Assembly (NCBI GenBank): GCA_002104945.1
Contig: MCFH01000040.1
Coordinates: 62,001 to 126,000, forward strand
Direction of reading: 5' to 3'
Source of the DNA: Piromyces finnis finn
Lineage: Eukaryota; Fungi; Neocallimastigomycota
DNA length: 64,000 nucleotides
The position numbers were made by a program, and so were the translations under genes. Positions 37,468-51,653 of the stretch are shown piece after piece. The notes under the pieces are model-generated. The model did no database searches. It was not told the DNA's origin and saw only the letters and a list, made by a program, of their open reading frames with translations. Positions within the stretch are counted from its first letter, which is position 1, and every line of letters starts with the position of its first letter.

Positions 37468-38272
37468 ATGGATAATACAACGGAAAGTTCAAATGAAACA
37501 TTGGATTGTTACTTGGAAAAGTTGAATGAATTGGAAGTAATTAAGTACATATATCAGCAATTTAATATTATTAATTTTAAATCAAAGTTAAATATTTAAT
37601 GAATTGATTTTTACTTTTAGTAAAAAAACAGAAGAATTGGGAAGAATTAAAACTTCGATATTAGAACATTCGCAAAAGTTGGAAAAAGATGAGGCTGTAT
37701 TTAGCGAAATTATATCAGAAAAAAATAAATTATTAAAAGAAAAGGATATATTAAGGAAAATGTTAATTGAAATTCAAAATGATATAGATGATGTAATTAT
37801 AATTATACTAATTAAATAGATTCTATTAACAAAATAATCTCGAATATGATTAATAAATTTATATACGATTTTTATACAAATATATATATCTTTGTAATAT
37901 TTGCTTTTTTATATAAAGTTAGCAAAATCAGAAAATGAGCTAAAAGAAACCAATGAAAAGACAAGATATGATTTGAAATCATTAAGAGAACAATATAATC
38001 CATTAAAAGATACCATTGATGAATTAAGAGAGAAACAATTATTATCAAGGTTACCAAATTTACAGGAAGAAATAGATAAAGAAATGTCCATTTATTTAGA
38101 AAAACGGAGGAATCGTTGGTTGGAAGCAGGATTAGGTAATAATGATACATATTCTGAATCTTCTATGCCTGACTCTCCATATTCTACGCCGTCTCCTTCA
38201 ACACGAGTACGACGTCATTCTTCAAACTCTGTAACTGGACGCAAAAAAACAAAAAAACGTAAAGGAACATGA
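37468..38272 (+). CDS. ZC4H2-like coiled-coil protein lacking the C-terminal zinc finger
   Basis: Three exons (MDNTTES...EVIN | KKTEELGRIK...DD | LAKSEN...). QYNPLKDTIDELR...LSRLPNLQEE...YLEKRR..W resembles the ZC4H2 segment EYKPLKEHVDALR...LQRLPDL.EE...YFEKQK..W as recalled. Confidence 0.7.
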
Positions 38273-41200
38273 CATTGTTTATTACAATATGAATTCATAA
38301 TCAATTAGGATACCAACCTTTATATACCAAAAAAAAATACCTTTTTATTTTATATACAACAAAAAAAAAAAAAATAAAAAAAAATTATTGGTAATATTAA
38401 ATTTTAATTAATAATGAATTTTTATTCATTCTATTCACAAATTAAGCATTTCCATAAATATCAATTATAAATATATATTTTATATATTATATAAGAAAGA
38501 GGAAAAAAAAAACATAATCATATATACTTTTTTTTTTGTTGTTATTCTAATTTATTTAATTTTAAGCATATCATATATATTTATGAATATATCGTTATTA
38601 AGCAAAGATACGTTTTTATCCAAATAAAAAATTTTAATATAACTTTATTTAAACAAAGTAAAGAATATTACAATATCAAAAATATATATATATATTAATA
38701 TTAATATTTTTCATTACTTATTATAAATTATCATTGTTAAATGTTTTAACAATTCAAACATAGTTTATATAATCTTCAAAAAAAAAAAAAAATAAAAATA
38801 AAAATAAAAAAATAAATATATAAATTGATAATAAACTTATTAAATTTTTATTAAGGGAAAAACATTACTCTTGCTAAACAAATTCATTCATTTTAATATT
38901 ACTTTTTATTATTTTTCCATATTGATAATAATAAATATACTTTTATCAAAAAGTTTAAAAGTATTGCAAGAAACATAAAATGAAGAATTGAAAAAAAATA
39001 TCATTTTAATAATTTTATTTGTAAAAATAAATTTTATATAATCTAAAAAATTTAATTACTTAAAACTATAATTATATTAAATATTAATTTTTATGAATAT
39101 AATTTTATATATATTTTTTATTTTCTTTCACATTTACTATGAAATAAAATAATATAACCATATTTTAATATGTAATTAATTTAATTTCTTGTAGTTTATT
39201 AATATTATAGTTAAGTTTTCTTCTGCCTCATAAAATATTGATTTACAAGAATGATACTGTGAAAATAAATTCATATTTTTAGAAATTTATATTGTAATTT
39301 TAATTTAAAAATATTGAGTTAAATTTTTATTAGCATAATATTCTCATATCACATTAAATATAAACTACTTTAAACTTCGTATAATTTTGAAAAAATGATT
39401 TATAAAAATTTAAATATGTTCAATTACCATTCATTAATTTTATTAAATATGCTTTTCTTTTTTCAAAAATCATTAATGGTGTGAAAGAAACATATAATAA
39501 ATTAGGAAGTTTTTTTAAATCTTAATGAATAATTTAAAAAAAAAAAAAAAAAAAAGTACTTTTTAAAATTATAAAAGTGATTTATTAACTATCTTTGAGT
39601 CTATGTATAATATACTTTTATTACAATAAGATGATTTCAAACCAATACTATTATTATTGTTATTATTATATTTTACTATTAATTATTATTTGCCTTTAAA
39701 GTATTTATTATCCTTTTTTTTTAATATTAAAAAAAAAAAAGATATAATCATAAGTTTAAAATGGGAGATTTTAATTATTATTTTTCTTTTTAAAAGGTTT
39801 ACTAATTAAAATATAAAAAATGAAAATTTCACTGTATAATTAAAGTACGATAAATTCTCAAAAATTTAGTAATCATTTAAAATAAACATTAATATTATAT
39901 TATACTATTCAAAAGAAATAGTATAAATTAATAATAGAAATATGAATAATAATTGAAATCACCATTTCCAAATATTATAATAATGGAAAAAAAAAAAACA
40001 TGGTCATCAATCTATCTTAAAATTTCAACTTTAATGAATTTTATTTTTTTTTTTTTTTTAGTAAAATATTATTTATTTAAATTTTATACTTAAAATAATA
40101 ATATAATAGTATGTATTATATATTTCTATTATTATTTTATTCCAATCTCTCTCTTTTTTTTTTTTTTTTAAAATAATTAAATATTAACTTTGAAAATTTG
40201 TTTTTTTTTTCTCAAGGTTAAAATAAAAATATGCATAATAAATGATGAGGTAAATATATATGTATTTCTTATAAGAGAAATTATATAATTAGAAAATATG
40301 ATTTTAATGATTTGTTAGGAATAATATTATTTTTAGAAGTATTAATATATTATTATATTTAATCTTGAAGTCAAAAAAATCTAAAACTTTAATCTAATAT
40401 TCTTATTCATATTACACTTAAACTTTATATATATGGTAAAGTTTAATTTATTGCAATATATTTTTTTTAACCTACATATCAATATTACAATTAAAATAAA
40501 ATGTTAACAATAATAAATAACAATAATAATTATTAAAAATAAAATTATACAATAAAAATAATAATAAATAATTAAATAAAAAACTTTTATTTTATTATAG
40601 ATAGTAACATTAACAATTATTTTTATTACTTTATGAAATTAGAAAAAAAATGTTTAATTCTTTTTAATGGATATTATATTTTTAGATATAATACAAACAA
40701 TTAAACTAGTGACATATATAATTACTTTGTATTTAGTTATTTTTATAAAACTTTAAAAAATAACTATTTATAATATTTTATAATTTTATAGCAATTCAAG
40801 TAATATAAAATAATTAGAAATAATATATTTTAATATTAAATATTTAGGTTATATTTTTTTTTATTTTATTTTCTCTCTTTTTATTTTTAATATTTCATAT
40901 TTTCTTTTTCTTTTTTCTTTTTTTTTTTAACTTGATTAGTTCATATTGGATTATTTGATAATAATACTATTAAAATAAAAAAAAAAAAAGTAAATTGATA
41001 AAAAAAAAATATAGACAGTATAGTAATATCAATTTATAAGAAAAAAAAAATTAAAGATATAAAAATATAAAAAAAAAATATTATATATATATAATATAAT
41101 TTATTGATTTTAACATTTGGAGATACTATTGTACTTCATTTGATAGAATTCTTTTCATATTTTATAAATAGTAATATTTGTTTAATTTAATTATTGATAT

Positions 41201-41459
41201 TTCGGGAAACATATTAAATATTCTCAAATTCAATATTCATTATATATTAAAAGTATGGGATTATAATATTACTTAATTAAAGGATAAATATTCATAATAA
41301 TTTATAATAAAAAGTGAAACATTATTTTATTTCTTTTCTTCATAATATTTATTATCATTGATCTTTTAATTTACTGCTATAAATATATATATATATCTAT
41401 ATATATTAAAAAAAAAAAAGAAAAAAGAAAAAAGGGAAAAAAATATAGCAGTATTTTCT

Positions 41460-43048
41460 ATGGCATCAAATACAACTTTAAATAATCAAAATAATATACA
41501 ACAACCACCATCATCTTTTACAACCCCAATTTCTATATCGAATAACAATAATGGATTAAGCGAAATAAATATTGATTCTGAAAGAAAAGAAAATTTCTCA
41601 ACTTTAAACAAAAATATTAATCAACAATCATTATATCCAAATTGTAGTATACCTAATGAAAATGAAAATATTAAACACCAAAGAAAGAGACGTTTGTCAA
41701 ATTCTTCAAATACCTCCATCTCATCCCATAATATAATAAATAATCCATATGAAGATAATGTTTCAAATAATCCAAACATAAATCCTTTACAATACCAGAA
41801 GGATTCAAATAAATCAACCATTATGACCACTGATACCACAGTATATAATTCTACCAATGAAACTACATTAATAAACAATCAAACTAGAAATAGTAATTAT
41901 CTTCCTATGAATTTATACGATAATACACCAAATCCATCAGAAAAAATATATACTCAAAATAAAAATAAAAAACCAAAAATTGAGTACACTACAACAAATA
42001 TGCCACAAATTCAATGCCAAACCATGGATAAAACTAGTCAAAAGGAACGAGTTGACTCATTCAATATTAATAATGTTAAAAATGGCAATAACAATCAAAA
42101 TGAAAAGGAATTTGACATTCCAAACTCTATGAATTATATATATACCCGTGAAGTTCAACCTTCATTAATTCAAAATTCTAATCAAATATATAATGTAAGA
42201 AAATTAAATATATAATTATTATATAATTATTAATCAAATATATATAAGATTTTTTATTTAATTATTCTAATCACATTAATTTGTAATAAAACTTTTTAAA
42301 TTAAAATTTTTGAATTTTTATATCATCAATAAATTAGGATATTAATGACAATAATAATAATAACAATAATAATAATAATAATAATAATATCACTGATAAA
42401 AATGAATTAGATAAAAATCAATGTTACTATCATAATAATTTAAATAATAAATCGAATTTTGAAAAAGACTCTAATGCTGATAAATTTTTAAAGATTAACA
42501 AAAATATAAATGATTTACCAAATTACAAATCAAATAATACTACTAATAATAATAGTAATAACAATAATACCAAATCCGTAGCTACCCTAAATCAAAATGA
42601 ATTAAATAATGTTAATAATATAAATAATACTATTAGTATAAACAATAAAAATAATATGAATAAAATAAATACTAGCTCACCAACTACTGTTTTTCGCCAA
42701 ACTATTGAATATCCTACTTCCATTAATGTAAATGTAAATACATCAATATCAATACCACAAGTTACAACCACAACTACAATAAACCCAGTAATTCAAAATT
42801 ATCCTGTTAGTAAGGATAACTCAACTCCAATTACTACAACTACTACATTAATTCCATATACTTTTCAAACTTCCAATACTCCAGTTGCAGCCTATTCTAC
42901 TGTAACTACTACCCATTCTCCAAAAGCATCCCCACAAAATAATGAAAATAACGCTAATGTTAATTCTCCAATGATTACTATGAATGGTTTACATGTTTCT
43001 TCACCATATTATCAAAATATATATAATAATAAATCCTATGCACCTGAT

Positions 43049-43094
<46 letters not shown>

Positions 43095-46000
43095 GTAGTA
43101 GTAATAATAACAATAATTATGTTATGTCACAAATGCAGCCTAACCAAGGTAATAATTACCAAATGGGAAAATCTTCCTATAATATGTCTTCTCTCTCTAA
43201 TTCTCCAAAATCCCCAGTTCGTCAACAATCCAATAATATATCAAATAATATGACTTCTCCAAATAAAAGTATCGTTTATCATTCACCACTAAGAAATACA
43301 TTAAATAATAATTCTGATCTTGAACAAAATAATAATATACCTTATCCATATTATAAAAATAGTGGTCAAAATGATGAAAATAATGTAAGTTTAGTATAAA
43401 TTTATTATCATAGCTTTTAATATAAATTAACTTTCCTTTATGATAATTTTTTTTCATTAGCAAAATGACTGTAAAAATCAAAGAGATATGAATCAACAAC
43501 AACAACAACAACAACAACAATCAATGAACTACAACCATTATTATAATTCATCAACAACAGGAGGTAGCCTAAAGAATAAGATTAATAATAATTTATTAAA
43601 AAACATTACTACTAACAATTACATTAAGAGAGTTATGAACCAACAATGTAATGAAGAAGTCCCAAACTTAAATATGTATCTTATCGAACAAAAAAATAAT
43701 GAACATAATCAATTACCAAGTCCTCCATTAACAGGATATGAAGATTCTAATGTTCATTTTGATTTCATTAATAATAACAATCCAAATAGTTCAGTATATA
43801 TTAATGATTACAAAATGTATCCCAATAAGAATTTTTCATATAATTATTCACCAGTATCACCTGATAAGACTTATCCATTATTAAAATCAAATGAACAAAA
43901 TATATATTCTTATAATCCATCTCAAATGAATAACTCTATACCTAAATACAACAATGAGGAAATTAAAATTATGGAAAATAATATTATTGTTAACAACATG
44001 AGAGTAATATCCCAAAAGAATCCAATAAATCTTGATATGGTAATTATGAATATAATACATATTAATTCTATATAAATGATAACTAATTAATTTCTAAAAA
44101 AAAAAAAAAAAAAAATTAAATATAATTTAGGATGATATTAATATTGATAACGAAGATAAACAAAGAAATTATTATTCCGATACAAAACGTGATTTTGATA
44201 ATCAAATGAATAATAATGGAAAAATAAATAATTCTTTTGTTAAACCAATGAGTAAGACAACACCAGTTGAAAGTAAAATTCCAAGTAAAAAGAAGTTCAA
44301 GGCAGATAATGAAATGAATATGGTAAATAATAATAGTTTCAAAGTTATCTATTCCAAGAAATATTCAATGGGAAAAAATTCTAAATACAAGACTAATACT
44401 CCTACTCCTGTGATAATAAATACTAAAAAAAATGAAAATCAAAATTTCCAAAGTCAACCTTTATATGCTATTCCATATACCACAATGGCAACAACTATAA
44501 TTAACACACCCTCAGCAAATTCCATAAAAGCTGTAGATAACAACTCTACTTTAATAACACCTGTACCAATACCTCAAGCAATTCCAAACCGTAAAGTTAT
44601 TTTAAATTCCAATATCTTACCATCACCAGAAGAAATGGGTAATGATAATCATCCACAAAATCAAGCCACACATCCATCCAATTCCCAGCCACAATCCAAT
44701 CACCAAAGAAAAATAATATCATCTCAAATTTACCAAAATCCAGTCTATGATGTTAATTCAATGAATATGAACCCTATGAATAGAATGTATACACCAAGTA
44801 AAGTCAAAAGTATGCCATCAACTAATGGAAAATCTATTATTCTTCCACCACCAACTTCTATGTCTGTATTTGTTCCAATGAATATCCCAATTAACATTAA
44901 TAATAATAACAGTATACCAATGACTCTTTCTACTCCTTCTCCATCTACAACTCCATTAATACCATTAAATCAACAATGCTCTATGGTACAACAAAAATCT
45001 CTTCAAAATAATAATTATTCTCTTCCTATTCATTACTCATCACCTTGTTATCCACAAAGTTCCCCTTCAAACATTAAAAATTCTGTTCCAATAAATACCG
45101 GAAGTCCAATTAAAAAGAAACAACTTTCGAATAGTCATAGTCATGGAAATCAAATGCAAATTCAAAATCCAACAGCAAACTATCAAATTGCAAATATTAA
45201 TCAAGAACTTGATCAAAATCAAAATCAAATTCAAATACAAAATCAAAATAACATGGCAATAAAAAGAAAACATTTGAATACCAAAAGAATAGCATCCGGA
45301 CAAGAAGTAAATATTTACATATATATATATAATATTTCTATTTATATTAATATAAATTATAATTTAATTTATTAACATATATTTTAAATTACTTTCATAT
45401 TACTCATTAGATTATATCGGATGACGGATCAGTTACATGGAAAATTATAAAACAATTAGGAAAAGGAGGTTGTGGTGAAGTTTATCTTGCTCAATTTATT
45501 AGTGGAAAGAAGCAACCATACAAATATTGTGCTATAAAGTTTATTAAAAATAAGAAGGTATTTTATGCTGAAACTAACACAATGAAATTCTTGATGGATA
45601 ATACTCCTTGTGGTTAGTATTTAAATATTTTTAGTAAATGATAGACATATATTATTAAAAACTTGACAATTAAATTTAATTATTAATATTATTTTTAATA
45701 TTATTATTATCCATTAAATGTAATAGAATATAGTCCAAAAATATATTCATCATGTCCAAAACAACGTTTTCTTCTTATGGAATATATACAAGGAGAAAAT
45801 TTAACCCAAAAGTTTGAATCTTGTGGTCACTACTTCTCATTAAAAACAATGCTAATGGTTTTAATGGAATTAATGAGACTTACAAAAGATTTTTACACTT
45901 CCACTGGTTTAGGTAAACTTCTAAATAAGAAAGAAATATTTTAAAAATATTTTTTATAAATAAAAACAATACCTTATTTACAAAAAAATAAGGTAATAAA

Positions 46001-46740
46001 TAAAAAACAAAATATTAATTTTTTTTATAAACTATTTATATATAAATAGTTCACGTTGATATAAAACCATCAAACTTTATGGTTGACAATAAAAACAAAA
46101 TATATTTAATCGATTTTGGTTATGCTACTATACCAACTGTTAAATTACCAGGTCAAACTGGAACACCATTATTCATGTCACAAGCAATCCAATCACAAGG
46201 AACTATTTGTAAGTTAACTTTATAAGATATATATTTTATATAAATTTATAATTATATATTAATATTATTAATATTAATTCCCTATTAAAATATTATATAA
46301 AATTTATAGGTCCATCATTCCAAGATGATATAGAATCAATTGGATATGTAATGATGTATTTCTTAAAAGGAGGAAAGTTAGGTTTACCATGGGGATTATT
46401 TAAGACACATAGTGAAATTGTTGCTGCTAAAACAGATGCCAATATATATAATTTCTTTTTAGAATTAAAAGGTAATTAAAATATATTATTTAAATTACTG
46501 TAGGTTTGATGATAAACCAAACTAATTTTAAATACAAAAATTTTAAAAATATTAGGAACTGAATATGAACCAATATGTAATTTATTATACAATTTCTTAA
46601 CTGTTTCAAGAAAACGTGATATGCCTTTTGAAGAAAAAGATTATAATAAGCTTTATGATTCAATTGTTAAAGTATTTAACAATTGTGGCTTTGTTAATGA
46701 CCAATGTTACGATTGGAATAACATACCCAAAAAAGTATAA
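41460..46740 (+). CDS. CK1-group-like Ser/Thr kinase with ~1,180-aa Asn/Gln/Ser/Pro-rich N-terminus
   Basis: Nine exons; exons 1-4 (41460-42194, 42338-43384, 43461-44039, 44131-45306) are all phase 0 and open. Kinase from 45411: LGKGGCG, CAIK, FSLKT, HVDIKPSNF, DFG, GTPLFMS, DDIESIGY..YF..G.LPW, C-terminal CYDW. Confidence 0.88.
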
Positions 46741-47736
46741 TTTTTTAAAAAACTACGAAAGTTTTAAAACAATAATACTATTTATATATTTTTATTTTTT
46801 GTTTTTATATATGTTATTTTTTTTTCCCTTTTTTTAATATATTATAAAATTAGTAGAAACAATATTTGTATAATTTTTGTATAATTTTTATTATCAGAAA
46901 ATTTATTTTTTATATATATATCCTATACTATTAGAAGTATAATATCTTCTTTATAATGATTATACTCCATATATTACTATTCTATAAAGAAGAAGATTTA
47001 TTACTTTAAATCAAAATTATATATTATATATTTTATATATTTTGATAATTATTTTTTTTTTGTTTCAAATATATTTTTTTTTATATTTAATAATTTATTG
47101 AAATTATAAAATGAAAATAAGATAATAAATATAGAAATATTAATATTATTTTATTATTTCATTTATAATTTATTTTTGCCTATTATATATTTATATTAAT
47201 ATATAATGTTTTTCAAAAGATAATTTAATTATAAATATTAATGTAATTATTATTATTATAAAAAGTAGTAGTGTTCTGTTTATATGTATTTAAATTATTA
47301 TAACAATATAGAAGTATTTATGTGAATCATCCAGTAAATTTAGGTAATTTAGGTATATATTTAATAATAATAATAACAAAAAAATATAAAAAATAAAAAT
47401 AAAAAAATAATGAAATATATTAAAAGAATAAAATGGTTTATAATTGTTATTCTATATCCTTTTTTTTTTTTTTTTTAATATTTTCAATAATTAATAAATC
47501 TATTTTAACATTCTTATTACAAAATATACTAAATCTGAATTTTATTTTTGACAAAAGATATAAAAATTAAAATAAGAAAAGATGATGTATTTGTAGCTTG
47601 TAAAGTTAATTTTTGATGGGCTAAAAAAGGCATTTTTTGTTTATTTAAACTTTTTTTTTTTAATTTTTTTACTTTTTATATTATAATTTTAATTAAATTA
47701 ATAATATAAAGTATAAAAATATTTGATGCCGTTAAA

Positions 47737-48925
47737 CATGGAGATGTTAAAGCAGTTAAAAACTTTTATTGGAAAGATCTCAAAGGGAATTCAATCAAAG
47801 CGCAATATTATGATGATAATAAATTTATTGAAACTAAAGATTTTATCAAATTATGTTATGAATACCCAGAGTTTGCCTATGGCTTCTACTGGCTATTGAA
47901 AGCAAGAAGCGGATACAAGTTGGATGCTAGAGTTGCCAAAGCTGCTAAATTTGTTGATCCAGTTTGTCCTAACTACTGTCCATGTTGCAAGTGTGGTGTT
48001 CAAAGTATTAAACATTGGTTATTAGATTGTCCAACATTTAGAGATAACCGTATTAAACATTATGATTCCATAGTCCAGCTACTAAATTTTTTCAGTCAAT
48101 GTAATTCCAATAGTCCTATCAATAATAATGAAATTGATAATATCAGCAGAGATAGCAATAACAGTAATAGTAATAGTAACAATAGTAATTATAACAATAG
48201 TAATAATAACAATAGTAGTAATAGTAATAATAGAAATAGTAATAATAATAATAGTAGTAATAGAAATAATAATATTAGTAATGATAGCAATAGTGAAGAT
48301 AATAATTCTAATTTAGATAGTAATTTAGTTAATGATAGTAATAGTTCTAATAATCCGGTGAATATTAATGTGTATGATTATTCTAGTGTGTGCAGTAAAA
48401 TATTTAAATTCCTTCTTGGGGGAAGAAGTTTTAACAATATTAATTACAATTCAAGGGAATGGAAAGAACTTTGTAAGCGTCAGATTCAATCTGGTACTAA
48501 TGAAGGAACACCATTCTTGACGGTAACCGCGGAACTTCTAACCAAAATCATGCCTTTTGCTATTGGCCAGCAATGGTCAATGTTCAAAAGGTTTGAATCA
48601 ACATCCAAGAGCGTCAATGCTGAAGAAACAGTAAGACAGGCCAGGAGGGCCAGCGCAACCAATGGAGATCATAATTTTGTTCCATGACAAAATTTTGATC
48701 TTTGACTCGATGTCCCATTGCAAGTCAAATACAATTATTATACTTTAGTATGATAGTGGCTTTCTTACTTTAATTAAAATTACTAGAATACATTATACCC
48801 AATTTTTATTCATTTGTGTTTAATTAAACATATTTTTTTTTATTTTTATTTTTATTTTTAATTTTTTTATTACATGTATTATAATTTTAATTAAATTAAT
48901 AATAAAGTTTAAAATATTTGATGCC

Positions 48926-48962
<37 letters not shown>
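47737..48962 (+). mobile_element. 5'-truncated LINE-like retrotransposon (ORF2 C-terminus, 3' UTR, poly(A)) with 13-bp target-site duplication
   Basis: Open frame 47710-48687 includes CPCCKCGVQSIKHWLLDC (Cx2Cx7Hx4C, the ORF2 C-terminal zinc knuckle); A34 tail 48929-48962; TGATGCCGTTAAA at 47724-47736 and 48963-48975. Confidence 0.88.
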
Positions 48963-48970
<8 letters not shown>

Positions 48971-51653
48971 TTAAAAAAAAAAATAAGATAATTAACATAA
49001 TCAAAAATGACATTATAATATAAATATGAAAAATGAAATTTTAAACGTTCTATATATAAAATCTAATATTAATAATCTCATGGAAGAATTTAATAGACAC
49101 ACTATCATCACTATCAAGTAGAATAATCACAATTGCTAATTGATATTCCTTGTTTATTTTATTTCACTTAGTTTATTAGATGGAGATAAATTCTATACAA
49201 TTTACAAAGTTTATTAAATTATATTTTATACAATTTTACTATCTTTTATCATTTTTTTTTTTCATTTAATATTTATTACAATTTATACAATAAAAAAGTG
49301 TATTCGTATTCTCTTCTTTGTCTATAAAAAAAAAGTCGATGATAAACTAATCAATAGTTTAACATTTTATAAAACAGATTTAGGGTTCAAACAAATGACC
49401 ACATAAGAAAAAAAAAGAGGTATTTTATAATTTTTATAATTAATGAAAATGATATATAAAAATAATATGTATAATTTTTAAAATTTTCTTTCTTTTTATA
49501 ATTTAAAAAAAAATTAATTTATAGATAATGGAACACATTTTTTTAATAATGAAACTTTATTAGTTTTATTTTTTCTTAAAGGGCTTCAATTAATCCTTTT
49601 TATTAATATATCTAATGTCAATTTAAATTATTCAATCTAACAATCCACTTTTAAACTTTTATATTTATTCTAATATTAAAAACATTACTTTTATTAGAGT
49701 AAAAAGACAAAAAGTTATCTTTCTCTTTTTTTATTATCTTAACCTTTTAGTTATTATATTTAATATTTTTATTATAAAAAAAGCACATCTTTATTAATTA
49801 ATTAAAAATTCTGAAAAAGGTAAAAAGGATTGTGTAACATTACTCTTTCCTATATAAAGAAATGTACTAAAAATTTTTTATTTATTTTAATGATATAAAT
49901 AATTTATTTAATAATAAATAAGGTTTATATTTATAATTAAAATACACATCCACACCAACTATATATAAAATTAATTTAAAAAATTAAAAATAAACTTTAT
50001 TAATTATAAAATTGCCATATTAAATAGTTTAACTAAAAAAATATTTTCCATAGGTTTAATAAAAAAAAATTGATTATCACGATTCATTACTCCTTTTTTT
50101 ATTTAAAAAAAAAGTATTGTGAAAATTTTGAATGGATTAATCAATTTATTAATAAATAAAGTTTTATAACTAAAAATGTAACCTACCGTTTAATTTTATT
50201 TTATAAAAGATATTTTTAGAATAAAATTTCCCACACAGAAAACCTTTTTTTTAAAAATAAATAACGACGTTTGAATAAACTCTTTTTTTTTTTTAATATA
50301 TGTTATGAATACTTATTTTAATAACATAAAACTATAATAGAATAAAAGTTTGTTTCTTTCTTAAACTAATTATTGTTGAATATTGATGAGTAATTTAATT
50401 TATGTATTAATAAATAGATCAAAACTTTAAATATTATATAAAATTTTTTTTATTATATGTAGGCACATTGTGTAAAAAAAAAAAGGTATAATGGAAGAAT
50501 GAGTAAAGAATTTTATACTTACAATAATCAAGTATATTATATTATTGTATGATAGATTACATAAAAAAAAAGTGATATTATTGTTTTTTATTAAATTAAT
50601 ATAAATTTTAATTATATAAATATATTATAAGTCTATAGCTTTTATAAATATATAATTATAAAATGATATATTACTCTATTATTATTAATATAAAATGATA
50701 GGGTATATAATGGTATATAACAATAAATAACTATATATATCAATGAATATTAAATTTGAATAAGCAATAATATATTCAAAGTATATTATATTTATATTGG
50801 AAATGTTTATCATTAATTATTCATAAATTAATAAAAAATTCATATATTGAAAATCATTAATATCTTAATGAATAATAAGTTAGTAAGATTATACTTTACT
50901 ATTATTGGTCAATTCAATATATTTATTGTTGGGTTTTATTAATGGATTTTCTATTAATGTAGGTAAAATCTATTTAAAATTATATATTGAATTTATATAT
51001 TATTCTAAATAATTATTATTGATTATGAATAATAATTAATTTAAATTAAAAAAAATTTTAATATAAAATTAAATTAATAAATAAATATTTATTAATAATT
51101 AAAGTTATTTCTCTTTTTTGAATTTTCTAAACCTTATTTAATAATATTTATTAAGTTGAATGGTAGAATGCTTATTCTTTTACTTTAGTATACAAAAAAT
51201 TAAATACTATATATATTTTGGCTTTCACCTTTTTATTTTAAAAAAGTAAATTCTTTTGATTTATATATATAATCTTGACGATTATAAAAATTTAAAAAAA
51301 TAAAAAAATAATAATTAAATTTAAAGAATTAACTACTAAAATTTTTTTAAAAAAGTAAGATTAAAAATAATACAATGTATATATATTAATAAATTAAAAT
51401 ATGTAAAATAAATATATTAATTTTCTATTTTTTTTATCATCTAAAAAATAAATTTCATCAAAAAATAATTAAAATATTAATTTATTTTAAAATCTTGTTC
51501 TATTAACAACATAAATAATCAAAATTATTTAAAAAATATTATATCTGTGAAACGACAAAATCAAAATATACTTAAAATCAATTATTTGACAGAAAATAAT
51601 AGGAAATAATTCACTTTTTTTTTTTTTAAAAAAATAATAAAATAAAAAATAAA

